A stretch of 63,724 nucleotides of DNA, filler included, from Chiloscyllium plagiosum (taxonomy: Eukaryota): NCBI RefSeq assembly GCF_004010195.1. It is 4 parts of one record of this genome, joined end to end, with 100 filler letters (N's around TTAATTAATTAA, not from the genome) between each part and the next. Parts side by side here need not be neighbours in the genome. Positions count along the whole stretch, not along the records: positions 1 to 29,241 come from NC_057717.1; positions 29,342 to 51,065 come from NC_057717.1; 2 more parts are not named here. One strand, given 5' to 3'. The number at the start of each line of letters is the position of its first letter. Position 1 is the stretch's first letter. A program made the translations under genes and the position numbers. This document shows, in pieces, positions 24,076 to 36,965 of the stretch. The notes under the pieces are model-generated. The model searched no databases. It was not told the origin of the DNA and was given only the letters and a program-made list of their open reading frames with translations.

Positions 24076-25450
24076 AATAGCAACAAGGTGATCATCCCTT
24101 TCTTATTTCCCAGTTCCACCAAAATAACTTCACTGGACGTACTCCCAGGAATACCCTCCCTAAGCACAACTGTAATGCTACCCTTAAACAAAAAGGCCAC
24201 TTCGCCTCCTCTCATGTCCCACTTTCTATCCTTCCTCTTGCTCCGTTACCCTGGAACATTAAGCTGCCAGTCCTATTCATCCCTGAGCAACGTTTCTGTA
24301 ATACCCATGATATCATAGTCCCATGTTCAAAACCATACCCTGAGCCCATCTGCCTTCCCTGTCAGGCCTCTTGCATTGACGTAAATGCAGTGTAACTTGT
24401 CAGTTCTACCTGGTTCAGTGCCTTGCCCTTGCCTGCCTTAACTGACTTCTGAACTGTACCAGCCTCAAACATATCTCTTTTCTCACTATCTCTTTGGGTT
24501 TACCCCCACACACTCACTGGATTAATGCCTCCTGAGTAACACTAGCAAATCTCCCTGCCTGGGTATTAGACACTTTCCAATTCAGTTACAATCCACCCTT
24601 CTTAGTCAGGTCAACTCTACTCCAGAGGAGATTACAATGATCAAAAGCTGTGAATCCTTCTGCCCTACACCAGCTCCGTAGCCAAACATTCATCTACCCC
24701 ATCCTGCTATTCTTACTCTCATTACCATGGAGCACCGGGAGTAATGCAGATATTATGACCGAGGACCTACTTTTTTATATTCCAGGCTAATTTGCTATAT
24801 TCTCTCATGAGGACTTCATCTTTTCCCCTTCCTATGTCATTGGTACCAATGTACAATGACCTCCCACTGGTCATTCCTCCCTTTGAGAATATTCCGCTAC
24901 CTGTCCGAAACATCCTTGACCTTGGCACCAGGGAGGTGCCATCCCATTCTGATGTCTCACTGTCAGCTGCAGAAACAGCAGTCTGTGCCCGACGAGAGAA
25001 TCCCTTATCATCATTGAGCGTTTGGAATCTGATATACCTCTCATTACAGTAAAGCCAGTCTCAGTAGCAGTAAATTGGCTGTCAGTGCAACATTCCCCTG
25101 AGAGTCTATGACCACCTACATTATCCAAAATAGTATACTTGTTTCAGATGGGGATAGCCACAGGAGACTCCTGCTTTACCTATCTCCTTCTCCTACCTTT
25201 CCGAGAGGTAACTCATCTACCTGACAATATCTGCAGTTTTCCGGCCTGAAACTGCCACCTATCACACACCCTGACTCTTGTAAATCCTTCATTACCATTC
25301 AGCACCGCTCCATCTGATCTATGTGATCCAAGAGGTTTTGCATCACTTCCTGCAGGCTATCATCAGGATCATTCAAACTCTCCCTACTCTCCTCCAGGAA
25401 GTGCACATCACTGTACGAATGGCCATCTCTGCACCCAGAAAAAGGCAGAG
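24076..25450 (-). mobile_element. CR1 endonuclease N-terminus and ORF1
   Basis: ORF 23832..24215 RGGEVAFLFKGSITVVLRE...SEVILVELGNKKG; ORF 24871..25128 RSMMIRDSLVG (esterase motif). Confidence 0.88.
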
Positions 25451-25647
25451 TCTGACAGCTTTACAAAAGACTACTCTCGAATACATTAGTACCTGTATTT
25501 TATATTTAAAACATTCAACCAAAAGATCATAACAGAGGCACTTAAACTAATAAACACTCACCCGACTGAATGTTGCTGATTTTAAAAAGTAAAACAGAGT
25601 AAGATTTACCTTTTAAGAGACTGAAACCAACTGAGCTGAACCCCGGC

Positions 25648-27420
25648 TATGAGTCACAGACATACAGCACGGAAACAGACCCTTCAGACAAACTCGTCCA
25701 TGCCGACCAGATATCCGAACGTAACCTCGTCCCATTTTCCAGCACTTGGTCGATATCCCTCTAAACTCTTGCTATTCATATACCCATCCAGATGCCTAAT
25801 AAATGTTGCAATTGTACCAGCCTTCGCAACTCCCTCTGGCAGCTCATTCCATAAACGCACCACCGTCGCGTGAAAAGTTGTCCCTTAGGTCCCTTTTATA
25901 TCTTTCTCTTCTCACGGTAAATCAATGCACACTAGCTCTAGACTTCCCCACGCCAGTGAAAATACCTTGTCTATCTATCCGATCCATGCTCATGATTTTA
26001 TAAACCTCTGAGATCACTCCTCAGCCTCTGACGCTCCAGGGAAAACAGCCCCAGCCTATACAGCCTCTCGCTATATCTCAAACCCTCCAACGCTGGCAAC
26101 ATCCTTGTAAATCTTTTTTGAACCTTTCAAGTTACACAACATCCTTCTGATAGGTGGAGAACAGAATTGCGCACAATATTGCAAGAGTGGCCAAACCAAT
26201 GTCCTGAACAGCCGCAAGATGACCTCCCAACTCTCTTACTCAATACTCTGACCAATTAAGGAAATCATACCAAACACCTTCACTATCCTATCTACCTCCG
26301 CCTCTACTTTCAAGGAGCACAGCAAGGTCTCTTTGCTCAGCAACACTCCCCAGGACCTGACCATGATGTGTATCAGTCCTGCTAAGCTTTGCTTTTCCAA
26401 AATGCAGCACTTCGTACTTATCTGAATTGAACTCCATCTGCCACTCCTCAGCCCATTTGCCAATCTGATCAAAATCCCATTGAAATCTGAGGTAACCTTC
26501 TTCACTGTCCACTACACCTCCAATTTTGGTGCAATCTACAAACTTACTAACTATACCTTCTGTGTTCACATCCAATTCATTTATATAAATGATGAGAAGT
26601 AGTGGACCCAGCACCGATCCTTGAGGCACTCCACTAGTCACAGGCCTCCAGTCTGAAAAATAATCATCCATCACCACCACCCTCTGTCTTCTGCCTTTGA
26701 GCCAGTTCTATATCCAAATGGCTACTTCCGTGAGATCTAACCTTGCTAACCATTCTCCCATGGGGAACCTTGTCGAACGCCTTACTGAAGTCCATATAGA
26801 TAACATCGACTGCTCTGCTCTCATCAATCCTCTTTGTTCCTTCTTCAAAACCAGATCAAGTAAGTGACACATGATTTCCCATGCAGAAAGTTATGCTGAC
26901 TATCCCTAATCAGTCCGTGCTTTTCCAAATACACGCAAATCCTGTCGCTCAGGGCTCCCTCCAACACCTAGTCTAGCACAGCATCTGTAGTTCCCGGGCT
27001 TGTCCAAACCGCCTTCGTTAAATAGTAGCGCCATATTAACCAACCCGCAGTCTTCTGGCACCTCAGCTGTGACGATCAATAATATAAAAATCTCAACAAG
27101 AGGCCCAGAAATCACTTCCCTCGCTTCCTACAGAATTTTAGGGTACACCTGATGAAAGCCTGGGGATTGATCCACCTTTATGCATTTCCAGATATCCAGT
27201 ACTCTGTAGTATGGACATTTTTCAAGATGTCACCATTTATTTCCCCACGCTTCCTACAGAATTTTAGGGTACACCTGATCAAAGCCTGGGGATTGATCCA
27301 CCTTTATGCATTTCCAGATATCCAGTACTCTGTAGTATGGACTTTTTCAAGATGTCACCATTTATTTCCCCATATTCTACATTTCCCGTGTCCTTCTCCA
27401 CAGTAAATACTGATGCAAAT
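25648..27420 (-). mobile_element. CR1 LINE ORF2 RT to 3' end
   Basis: ORF 26288..26680 [27 protein letters not shown]. Confidence 0.95.
27122..27372. repeat. ~126-bp near-perfect tandem duplication inside CR1
   Basis: cgcttcctacagaattttagggtacacctgat...caccatttatttcccca at 27122 and again at 27248. Confidence 0.95.
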
Positions 27421-27424
27421 ATTA

Positions 27425-28178
27425 CATCTTGATAAAACAAACGAGGGCAGGACTTACACTAATTGAAAGTAAGGCTTTGAGTAGTGATATGGAACAAAGA
27501 GACCGAGGGGTTCAGGTCTTCTTAGTCTGTGTCACATGTAGTCAGGGTGGTTAAGAAGGTGGTTAGCACACTTACCTTCATTGCTCAGACCTCTGAGTAC
27601 CAGAGTTGGGAATTTAGGTTGAGGCTGTACAGGATGTTGGGGAGGCCTCTTCTGGAATACTGTGTCCAGTTCTGGTTGTGCTGTTATAGGAAGGTTATTA
27701 TTAAATTGGAGCGGATTCGGAAGAGACTAACCGGGATGTTGCCATGAGTGGAGGGATTGTGTCACAAGGAGAAGCTGGATGGGCTGGGACGCTTTTTCAC
27801 TACAGCGTAGGAGGTTGAGGGATGACCTTAGAGGTTTAAAAAACCATGAAGTGTGTAGACAAGGTGAATGGCCGGGGGTAGGGCGGAATTCAAGACCTGG
27901 GTGCATACAATTTGAAAATAGATGAGAAAGGTTTAAAAAATAAATTGGGGATTTGTTTTTACCTTTACATGTGTGAAGTGAACTCCCAGAAAAAGAGGCA
28001 GCTGTGAATACAATTACAATTTTTAAAAGACAATTAGACAAGTACATAAATAGGAAATATTTGGATGAATGTAGACCAAGCGGAGGCAGGTGCGATTAGA
28101 TTAGTTGGGAATTATGGTCGACACGAACTGGTTTAACCACAAGGTCTGCTACAGTGCTGTATAACATTATGACTAACT
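27425..28178 (+). mobile_element. CR1 LINE 3' portion
   Basis: ORF 27529 LYRMLGRPLLEYCVQFW. Confidence 0.9.
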
Positions 28179-28459
28179 CTCGCTATCACTGAATTCCTCC
28201 ATGCTCACAACTCCCCACATCACTGTCACCTCATCCAGACGAAACTCTTCCTTATCTCTAGAAATCCTCTCTCGCCTCAGAACCATCACTATCTCTGGTA
28301 TCACAAACATCTCTGTAACATCCTCCAATCTCCTCCCATCTCATCACCCTCACGATCTCTAATCTTGACAACCCCCACACATCTGTCATTCTCCACAGTA
28401 AAAACTGATGACACTCGTTTAGTATCTCCCAACAACCCCATCTCCTGCGTCTCCACACA

Positions 28460-29241
28460 GAGGCTGCCTTGCTATTCTTTGAGGTGGCCTATTCTCTGTC
28501 TAGTGACCCATTTGCTCTTAATGTATTTCTAACAACCCTTTCCCTATTCCTTACCGTACTCGCCAAAGCGGAGTCCTGTCCCCTTTTTGCCTTACTGATT
28601 TTACTCTTACGTATACTCCTCTTGCCTTTGTACTCGAAGGATGTTGTGATTTTTGGATTGGAATAAATGCAATAATTGCATCTTGGTAAAACAAACGAGG
28701 GCAGGACTTAAACTGATTAAAAGTTGGGCCTCGGAAAGTGATATTGGACAAAGAGACCGAGGGGTTCAGGTCTTTGAATTATGTGTCACATGCAGACAGG
28801 GTGTTTCAGAAGGGGCTTTAGCACATTTCCCTTCATTGCTCAGATCTTTGAATATAGGAGCTGGGACGTTATGTTGAGGTTGCACAGGATGTTGATGAGG
28901 CCTCTTCTGGAATACTGTGCCCAGTACTGGTTGTGCTGTTATAGGAAGGATATAATTAAATCGGAGCTGGTTCAGAAGAGATTTAGCAGGATGGTGATGG
29001 GAACGGAGGGATGGAATTATAAGCAGAGTCTGGATAGGCTGGGTCCTTTTTCACTGGAGCACAGGAGGCTGAGGGGTGACCTTATTAGAGGTTTATAAAA
29101 TCCTAAAGAGTTTCAGTAATGTGAACAGTAGGTGCCCTTTCCAGGAGGGGGCGTGATTCAAGATTGGGGACATACTTTTTAACGTAAGAAAAGGAAGGCT
29201 TTAAAAAGAAGTTCCGGATTTTATTTTTTGTTTTTGCACAG
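28460..29241 (+). mobile_element. CR1 fragments (minus 28460-28660, plus 28660-29241)
   Basis: ORF 28781 RPLLEYCAQYW...LEHRRLRGDLI. Confidence 0.88.
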
Positions 29242-29341
29242 NNNNNNNNNNNNNNNNNNNNNNNNNNNNNNNNNNNNNNNNNNNNTTAATTAATTAANNN
29301 NNNNNNNNNNNNNNNNNNNNNNNNNNNNNNNNNNNNNNNNN
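29242..29341. other. Assembly gap with artificial TTAATTAATTAA spacer (also 51066-51165 and 60998-61097)
   Basis: Identical N44-TTAATTAATTAA-N44 blocks of 100 nt. Confidence 0.95.
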
Positions 29342-29359
29342 GGGGGGGGGGGGGAGGTG

Positions 29360-30155
29360 AAAGGCTCATGCAGCTTGATGGGCAAGTTATCTCCATTCTG
29401 ACCAATGGCAGCAAGATCCTCCCAGTCACTCCAAAGAGTCTCTCTGAAAAGACAGCAACTCAGCATGCTTCCCACTGCCGGGTGCTCCCTGGAAAGATTT
29501 AGAAGAATGAGGGGGGAATCTTCTAGAAAATGCAGAACAGTAAACTTCCAAAAGTATTATAAACTGTTTACAGAGAGGGATTCGTTGGAGAAGTGGACAA
29601 GTTGGTAAATGGAGCATAACTTGGGATAATGTGAAGTTGTTCATTTTGGAGGAGGTAATAAAGAACAGAGGACTATTTAAATGGTGGAAACTGTAGAAAG
29701 CTGCAACACAAAAGGGACCACGGGGTAACTGTGCAGGAAACACAGAAAGCAAGCACACAGTTACAACAGGTCATCAGGAAGGGAAATGGAATATTGTTCC
29801 TGATTTCAGGGGATTTGCAGTATAAGAGTTTGGAGTATATACCTGAGAGCCACTTTATATAGTGTGAGTGAGACCACATATGGAGTAATGAGAGAAGGTT
29901 TGGTCCCTTTATTTAAGGAAATACATCACTTCATCGGAAATATTCAGAGAAGATTGACTGGGATGATCCCTGGTAAGAAAAGGCTGAAGAAGTTGGGACT
30001 CGACTCATTGGATTTGGGGGAGAATGAGAGGGGATCTTATTGAAACATATAGGCTTATTAAGGGGTATGAGATTAAGGGGTATGACAGGGTAAATACTGA
30101 GAGGATGTGTCCCATCATGAGGGAACCTAGAACCAGACTCTGGGTCAGTTGCAGA
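29360..30155 (+). mobile_element. CR1 LINE ORF2 3' part
   Basis: ORF 30024 MRGDLIETYRLIKG...PRTR. Confidence 0.85.
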
Positions 30156-30199
30156 ATCAAGGGTTCTGTTTTAGATTTGTCAACTTTAATGCAACACAG

Positions 30200-31360
30200 A
30201 CATGGGTAGGGGGTTTCAGTAGCAATGGAGCTGGGGTGAGGTGGAGAAAAGCAACATTTTAGAGATTGGAATTCCTGATGTTTGCGATTGTGTTGACATC
30301 TGATGAGAAGATCACCTTGGGGTCAGAAAATGAGAGCAATATTGTGAAGAGTGGAGTTTTGCCTCAGGCATTTCCCAGTAAGTGGGAGGGGCTCAGCAGT
30401 AAGGGAAAGGAATTTTTAATAGCAACTGAAGGCAATGGGTTTAACCATTGCAGTGTTTCATTGGAGGAAATTGCAGCCAATCGAGTTGTAGGTGTGTGGT
30501 AAGCAGTTTGATGAATGAGTAACAGTGGAGCAATGGAGAGGGAGAGAGAGCTGGGCATTGTCAGTGTACATGTGAAACCAATACGATGTCACCTCCTGGC
30601 AGTATTTAGGTGAGATACAGGAGGGGACAAAGATAGATCCTGGATGGACACCACATATGAGGAATTCAGAAAGGAAAGGGAGAGTGGAGATAGTGCAGGA
30701 TTTTCCAAAAACCTTGAGGTCAAATATTAGTTCTTAGCAGAATTGGAGAGAAGGACATAACCAGAAAAGACAGACAGGACAAGGAACAATATTTGTGAAT
30801 TGGTGAGGGGGAGTGATGAGGAGGAGCTAGACCCCAAAACTGCTATTTCTACATCAGTGACATCACTCAACTCCACCCTAGTCTCAGCTCATTTACTGAA
30901 ATACTCATCCATCCTTTTGTTATCTCCAGACACCTTTCGTTATCCAAACACACTCCTGGCCAGCCTCCCACATTCAACTTACATATAATCTCAAGAATAT
31001 CTAAAACTCTCCTGCCCAAATGCTCCCTTGTACCAAAACTTGTTGATCCATCAAAAGGCCCCTATTTACAAGCAACAATTTAAAATTCTCACCCTTGATG
31101 TAATTCCTGGCTGTGAATATCCGTGTCTCCCTGCACCACACAACCTGTTAGACCTCGACAACTCATTTTCTTTCAGACATCCAAAGATGCATTTATTCAT
31201 TGCTTCACCGGTCTGGCTGTTTCGACACGGTCAAGGCAACACAGTCTGGAATTCGCACCCTGACCCTCTCAGACATTCTTTCCTCCTTTAAGGTATTCCT
31301 GAAAACCTGCTTATTTGGCAATACGTTTGATCACCTGACCTAATATCCCCATCGGTGGCC
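30200..31360. mobile_element. Old L2-like LINE fragments (minus ~30200-30800, plus ~30850-31360)
   Basis: gagagagagctgggcattgtcagtgtacatgtg (reverse complement YTDNAQL, YADD-like); aatttaaaattctc...ctttcctcctttaagg typical of L2 3' region. Confidence 0.6.
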
Positions 31361-31847
31361 TTATGTCAGAAAATCTCAATTTCTGTGAAATTATAAAAAT
31401 AATAAAAATACAAACTGTTGTTAATTTGCACACACATTGTCGACTCTTCACTGTCGCTGAGTGAATAGTCTGTAACATCTCTTTCCCAAGAATATTGTGG
31501 GAGCACCTTCACCACACGAACTGCAGCTGTACAAGGAAGTCAAACATCACCCTCTCCACAGGCAATGGGACTTTGGCATTAATCACTGGTGTCTGTGGAG
31601 GGAGAAACACATAGTTGATATTTCAGGGAGTGCTAAATGCATTACAGGAAATGAAAATGTTGCAGAATTTGATGGTCAGAAATGGAAGGAAAATGCACTC
31701 TTTTGTTGAAAAAAAGAATTATTCGCTGGCAAAGATACCGTGGAAAATTTAGTCCGTTGAGAGAGCAGCACATTGTCAGGGGTTGGGCAGCAGAGGAAAA
31801 TTAACTTACAAAAGGTCTGTGAACGAACAGTAAAACACTAAAAAAGC

Positions 31848-32165
31848 CAAACACCCTGTGTCCAAAGACTTTAACTCCCCTTCCCGCTCCACCAAGAACA
31901 TGCAGGTGCTGGGCTACCATCACAGCCAAATCCCAAGCATCTGATGCCTGGACGAAGAACGCCTCATCTTCTGTGTTCGATCCTCCAAACACATGGGATC
32001 AATGTGGATTTCACCAGTTTCCTCATTTCCACTGCCCCCACCTTATCCCAGATCCAGCCTTCCAACTCAGCACCGTCCTCTTGACCTGTCCTACATGTCC
32101 ATCTTCCTTCCCACCGATCGGCTGCTGCCTGACCTGCTGTGCTTTTCCAGCATCACACTCTTTGA
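31848..32165 (+). mobile_element. Penelope-like 3' fragment
   Basis: ccaagaacatgcaggtgctggg...cctggacgaagaacgcctcatcttc...cctgacctgctgtgcttttccagcatcacact. Confidence 0.85.
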
Positions 32166-32189
32166 CATTGAAAACATCCTGACTCTGAC

Positions 32190-32740
32190 ACTGTGTAAAT
32201 CCTGCCCTATCACTCCCTGCCAGGGATGGCTGCGCATGCGTCCCCCTGCTGCTTGCCCCTCACAAAGTCGACGGCCACACACGTGTCCCGTGGATCACTG
32301 CCCCCAATAAAGATGGCAGTGATCACTCACGCCTTTCACCATTTTCCAGTGTGCCACAAACACGGGCCTGGGATTTTCAAATTTGTGTTTTCCGATGTGC
32401 ACTAAGTTCTGTAAAACGTCTCAGCACATTCCATTAAAATTTCCTTACCTTCCTGGTCAATAGGTCTTTCCTTAACCGTGCCCAGCACCTTCACACATTT
32501 CCAGTGGCTTGGTCCCAACAACACTGTGCTGCCAGTGAAGCTTATCACGTGGTTGAGTATAGCCACGCCCCTCATTCACTCAGATTGGTTGGAGGTCCAA
32601 CCGGCACTGCCTGGTCTTCCAGCCCCATCCACATTCTCTTATTGGTCCTGCGCTGAGATCAATCACTGGAGGCCCATTGTGGGCTGGAGCATGCTCAGTG
32701 CTTTCTACTTTTGCTGCTGTTCATCAGGTATAAGAGAGAG
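32190..32740. promoter_or_regulatory. Full copy of promoter cassette
   Basis: tgcgcatgcg (NRF1-like), aataaagatggc (YY1-like), tcacgtgg (E-box), ccacgcccc (GC box), gattgg/attgg (CCAAT); colinear with 39246-39800. Confidence 0.7.
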
Positions 32741-32929
32741 GGTTCATTCCTGTTTCTCCTAATATCAGACATTAACAACAACTCCCTGCATTGTATGGAG
32801 CCTTTCGCACTGACAAATCTCCTAAAGTGTTTCACGAATGCTGGAAACGTTGATTAAAGAGAACAACTTTAAGATACATCTTTGAGAAGTACAGAGGGGG
32901 TTAGGAAGGATATTGAATAAGTTTTCTTT

Positions 32930-33152
32930 TTAGATTACATTACTTAGACAAACCGTCTAAAGAGAAACCCACCCAGACCCGTTCCCCTACATCTAACACT
33001 ACGGCAATTTAGCATGGCCAATTCACCTAACCCGCACATTTTTGGACTATGGGAGGAAAACTCCACACAGACAGTTGCCTGAGGCGGGAATAGAACCCCG
33101 GTCTCTGGCGCTGTGAGGTAGCAGTGCTAACCACTGTGCCACCATGCCGCCC
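32930..33152 (-). mobile_element. HE1-like V-SINE
   Basis: ctgtgaggtagcagtgctaaccactgtgccaccatgccgccc is the reverse complement of the SINE head. Confidence 0.9.
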
Positions 33153-33229
33153 ATCTACAGCTCTGTCCTCTGCAGCTCCAATCATAGAGTGATGTCTGGG
33201 GGAACAGCTTACAACGGAGACAGTTAGTG

Positions 33230-33632
33230 GCTAACCATAGTTTAGCAACCCCATGTCTTAGCTCCTGACCCCACATACCAGGCCTTGTTCTCACAGCCTA
33301 TCATTACACACTACCTAAGGTTAGCCACTAACAGTCTCCATTAACAACTAGTCACCCTCCCCCAGCCAGATCGTTATCCACTCCTTTATCCAACCCTTCT
33401 TCTCGCTCTATCCCCACCTATCCTTTACTCCTTACATCCTCCCCTAAACACTACCTTCTGCATTTAAACCAACATTTTTTTCTCTCAGTATCAGTTCTGA
33501 GGAAGGGACACCGGATCTGAAACATTAATTCTGATTTCTCTTCACAGATGCTCCCAGACCTGCTGAGCTTTTCCAGAACCTCCTGGTTGTTGTTTCTGAT
33601 TTACAGCATCTGCAGTTCTTTTGGTTTTAATT
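33230..33632 (+). mobile_element. Penelope-like family B 3' end
   Basis: Homologous to 17900-18305; carries degenerate hammerhead at ~33492-33530. Confidence 0.75.
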
Positions 33633-33634
33633 TA

Positions 33635-33865
33635 CCGGGAGTTTGTAATTCAGGTCCAACAGCATCTGTCCCAGTCTCTGCTGTCTCTCCCAACCCCAAA
33701 CAGTGACACTGCACCTGCACAGCTCATGGACAGGTGTTGTCTTGCTGGCCACACCCCTCATTCAATCTCATTGGCTGCAGGACCACACAGACTCTCCTCC
33801 CATTGGTCAGGAGCTGCCGTCAATCAGCCGGGATCCATTGTGATGAGAGTTGAGGGCTCATCCAG
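33635..33865. promoter_or_regulatory. Copy of promoter cassette (CCAAT-rich half)
   Basis: Paralog of 18310-18598. Confidence 0.6.
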
Positions 33866-34319
33866 CTCTCTGCCCTAGGATGAGCTTCTTCATTCACAGT
33901 GAATGGGGCAGTATCACAGACCACAGGGTCTGTACTCTCTCCCTCTGGAGATGCTGCAAATCTGTCCCAATTCCCCTCCTATTTGCCCACAGCCCCACAA
34001 ATCTTTCCTTAAAAATTAAAATTCAAAGTATGTTTCAGAATACCTGCTGAATCTGCGTCGTTCAGACTGTTCCAGATGCTCAGAACTTACTGAGTACAAT
34101 AATGTTCATATTTTCACTTTGTATTATTTGCCAATTACTTGAAAGTAGTTACTAAAAGTAGTTACAATGTTAACAATTCCTCTCTCTCCGCAAATTCAAT
34201 ATCTTGGAACCAAATCTGCACCAGGTCGAAATCACTGCTTCACCTTCTCAGCTCCAAGGACAATTATCTGTGCTTCAGCTAGCTCTCCACAAAAGAGGAA
34301 CACATCTTAGTTTATTAAC

Positions 34320-36265
34320 GTCATAGACATGTACAGCACAGAAACAGAACTTCGGTCCAATTCATCCATGCCAACTAGGAATCCTAAACTGCTGGAGTCC
34401 CATTTGCCAGCTATTGGCCTGTATCCATCGAAACCCTTACTGCTCACGTACCCAATCGAATGCCTTTTAAAGTTGTGATTTTATCAGCCTCCACTACTTC
34501 ATCTGGCAGCTCATTTCATACACACACCACACTCAGCTTGAAAACATTGCCCTTAGATTCCTTTTAAATCGTTGCCCTCTCAACCATATGGTTTAGTTTT
34601 GGACCCACCTAACGTCAGGAAAAAGAACCCCGGCTGCTCACCTTATCCATGCCCCTCGTGATTTTATAAATCTTCATGAAGTCACCTGTCTGTCTTGGAC
34701 TCTCCAGGGAAATTAACCCTTGCCTATTCAGCCTCTCCCTGTAGCCCAAATCCTCCAATCCTGTCAACGTTTTTGTAAATCTTGTCCGAACCTTTTCACG
34801 TTTCACAACATCCTTCCCAGACCAGGGAAATTCAAACTGAAAACAGAATTCGAGAAGTGGCTTAATCAATGTCTTTTAAATGTTGTAATTGTACTAACAT
34901 CCACCCCTTCCCTTGGCAGCTCACTCCAAACATGCACTGCCTTCAAACTGTCCAACTCTGGCAAAGTCCTTGCAAACATTTTCTGAAACGTTTCAAGTTT
35001 CACAACATCATTCCTGGAACAGGGAGATTGGAACTGAAAACAGAATTCCAGAAGAGCTTTAATCAATGTCCTGTACATCCACAACATGAAGGAGAGCATA
35101 ACAAACGCTGCATTCACTCCCTTGCCTACCTTTGACTCTACTTTCAAGGAACTATGAACCTGCACTCCAAGGTCTCTTGGTTCAGCAACACTCCCCAGGA
35201 CCTTACCAGTAAGTGTATAAGTCCTGCCCTGATTTGCCTTTCCAAAATCCAACAGCTAACATTTATCTAAATTGAACTCTATCTGTCATTCCTTGCTCCA
35301 TTGGCCCATCTGATCAAGATCCTGTTGTATTCTGAACTAACCTTCTTCGCTGTCCACTACACCTCCAATTTTGGTGTCTTGTGTAAAGCTGCTAACCATA
35401 CCTCATATATACACATCCAAGTAATTTATTTAAGGACCCAATAATCGATCCTTGTAGCACACTGCTGCTCACAGTCCTCCAGTCCACAAAGCAAACCTCC
35501 ATCATCACCCTGTCTCCCACCATCAAGCCAGTTTTGAACCCAAATGGCTTGCTCTCCCTTCATTCCATGTTATGTAACCTTGCTCATCAGTCTGCTTTGT
35601 GGAACCTTGTTGAATGTCCATATAAGCAACCTTCACAGCCTGGTTTAATCAATTTTCTTTGTCACTTCAAAACATTCAGTCAAGTTAGTGAGACACGATT
35701 GTGCACGTACAAAGCCACATTGACAACAGTCAATGATTATTCCTTACTTTTCCAAATAGATGGATATCCTGTCCCTCAGAATCCCTTCCAACAACTTGCC
35801 TGCCACTGATTTCAGGCTCACTATTCTTTTGTTCCATGGCCTCTCCTTACCATCTTTTTAAAATAATGGCACCTCACCTGTGGCTATCAATGATACAAAT
35901 ACCTCAGGAGAGGCCCAACAATCACTTCCCTAGATTTCCAGAAAGTTCAGGGATACATCTGATCAGGTCCCAGGGCTTTATCCACCTTGATGCGATTCCA
36001 CACATCCAGTGACACCTCCACTGTAACATGGATACTTTTCAAATTCTCTCTGTTTATTTCTCCAAACTCTCGAGCTTCCATATCTTTCTCCAGTAAAAAT
36101 GACGTGAAATATTCGCATATCTTTCCCACCCCCGATGGTTCCATCGACAGCCTCGTTAATCTTTAAGGGGTCCTATTCTCTGGTCCAGTTCATCTTTTGT
36201 CTTTGATATATTTGTTTAATCTCTTTGGATTCTACTTAAACCATTTCCTGAAGCTATTTCATGTC
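34320..36265 (-). mobile_element. CR1 LINE ORF2 to 3' end, with an internal duplicated piece (34745-34875/34945-35075)
   Basis: ORFs 34615, 34866 and 35947 (IKVDKALGPDQMYP). Confidence 0.9.
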
Positions 36266-36965
36266 AAACAGCATCAGCAGCAAGCAGCAGAGCGAAACGA
36301 TCCCACAACCAATGGAACAGATCGGAGCTCTGCAGATCTCGCACACCCAGTTGTGAACGGTGATGGACAATTAAACAACTCAATGGAGGAAGCATCACAG
36401 ATATCCCCACCCTTACTAATGGAGAGGCCTCACACATCCATGCACCAAATCAGACAACAGCATTTGCAGCAATCTGCAGCCAGAAGTGCAAAGTGGGATG
36501 ATCCATCTCAGCCTTCTCCAGTGGTTTGCAACATCACAGATGCGAGTTTTAAGCCAGTTTGATTCAGGTTGAATAACATCAAGAAATGGTAAAGTAGTGC
36601 AAAGGCTACAGGCTCTGGCAATAAAACTGATAGCTTGTGCTCCAGAAGTTGCCACCCACCAAGCCAAGTACCGCTCCAGCACTGGCATCTACCGACAATG
36701 TGGAACATTGCCCAGGGATGTTCAACACAAAAACACAGTGCAATCCAACCCAACCAATTTCCATCTATCAGTCCACACTCAATCAGCAGTAAAGTAATGG
36801 AAGATGTCATCAACAGGGCTATCAAGCAGCAACTGCTCAGCAACAGCCAGCTGAGTGACACTCATTTTAGGCACCACCAGGGTCACAAAGCTGCCGATTG
36901 TGTTACCACCCTGATTCACAACCTGACAATCAGCTGAAACCTAGACGTGAGGTGAAGGTGACAGC
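36266..36965 (+). mobile_element. Old CR1/L2-group LINE ORF2 fragment
   Basis: ORFs 36597/36635: TGIY...SNPTNF, HSISSKVMEDVINRAIKQQLLSNSQLSDTHFRHHQGH (RT subdomain 2-3). Confidence 0.75.

Noticed and set aside
29286..29297. Palindromic TTAATTAATTAA repeated three times in the window (also 51110-51121, 61042-61053)
   Set aside because: Always centred in an identical N block; it is an artificial six-frame-stop contig spacer, not biology.
36197..36562. Gln-rich 121-aa ORF
   Set aside because: Chance reading across the junction of a minus-strand CR1 and an old LINE relic.
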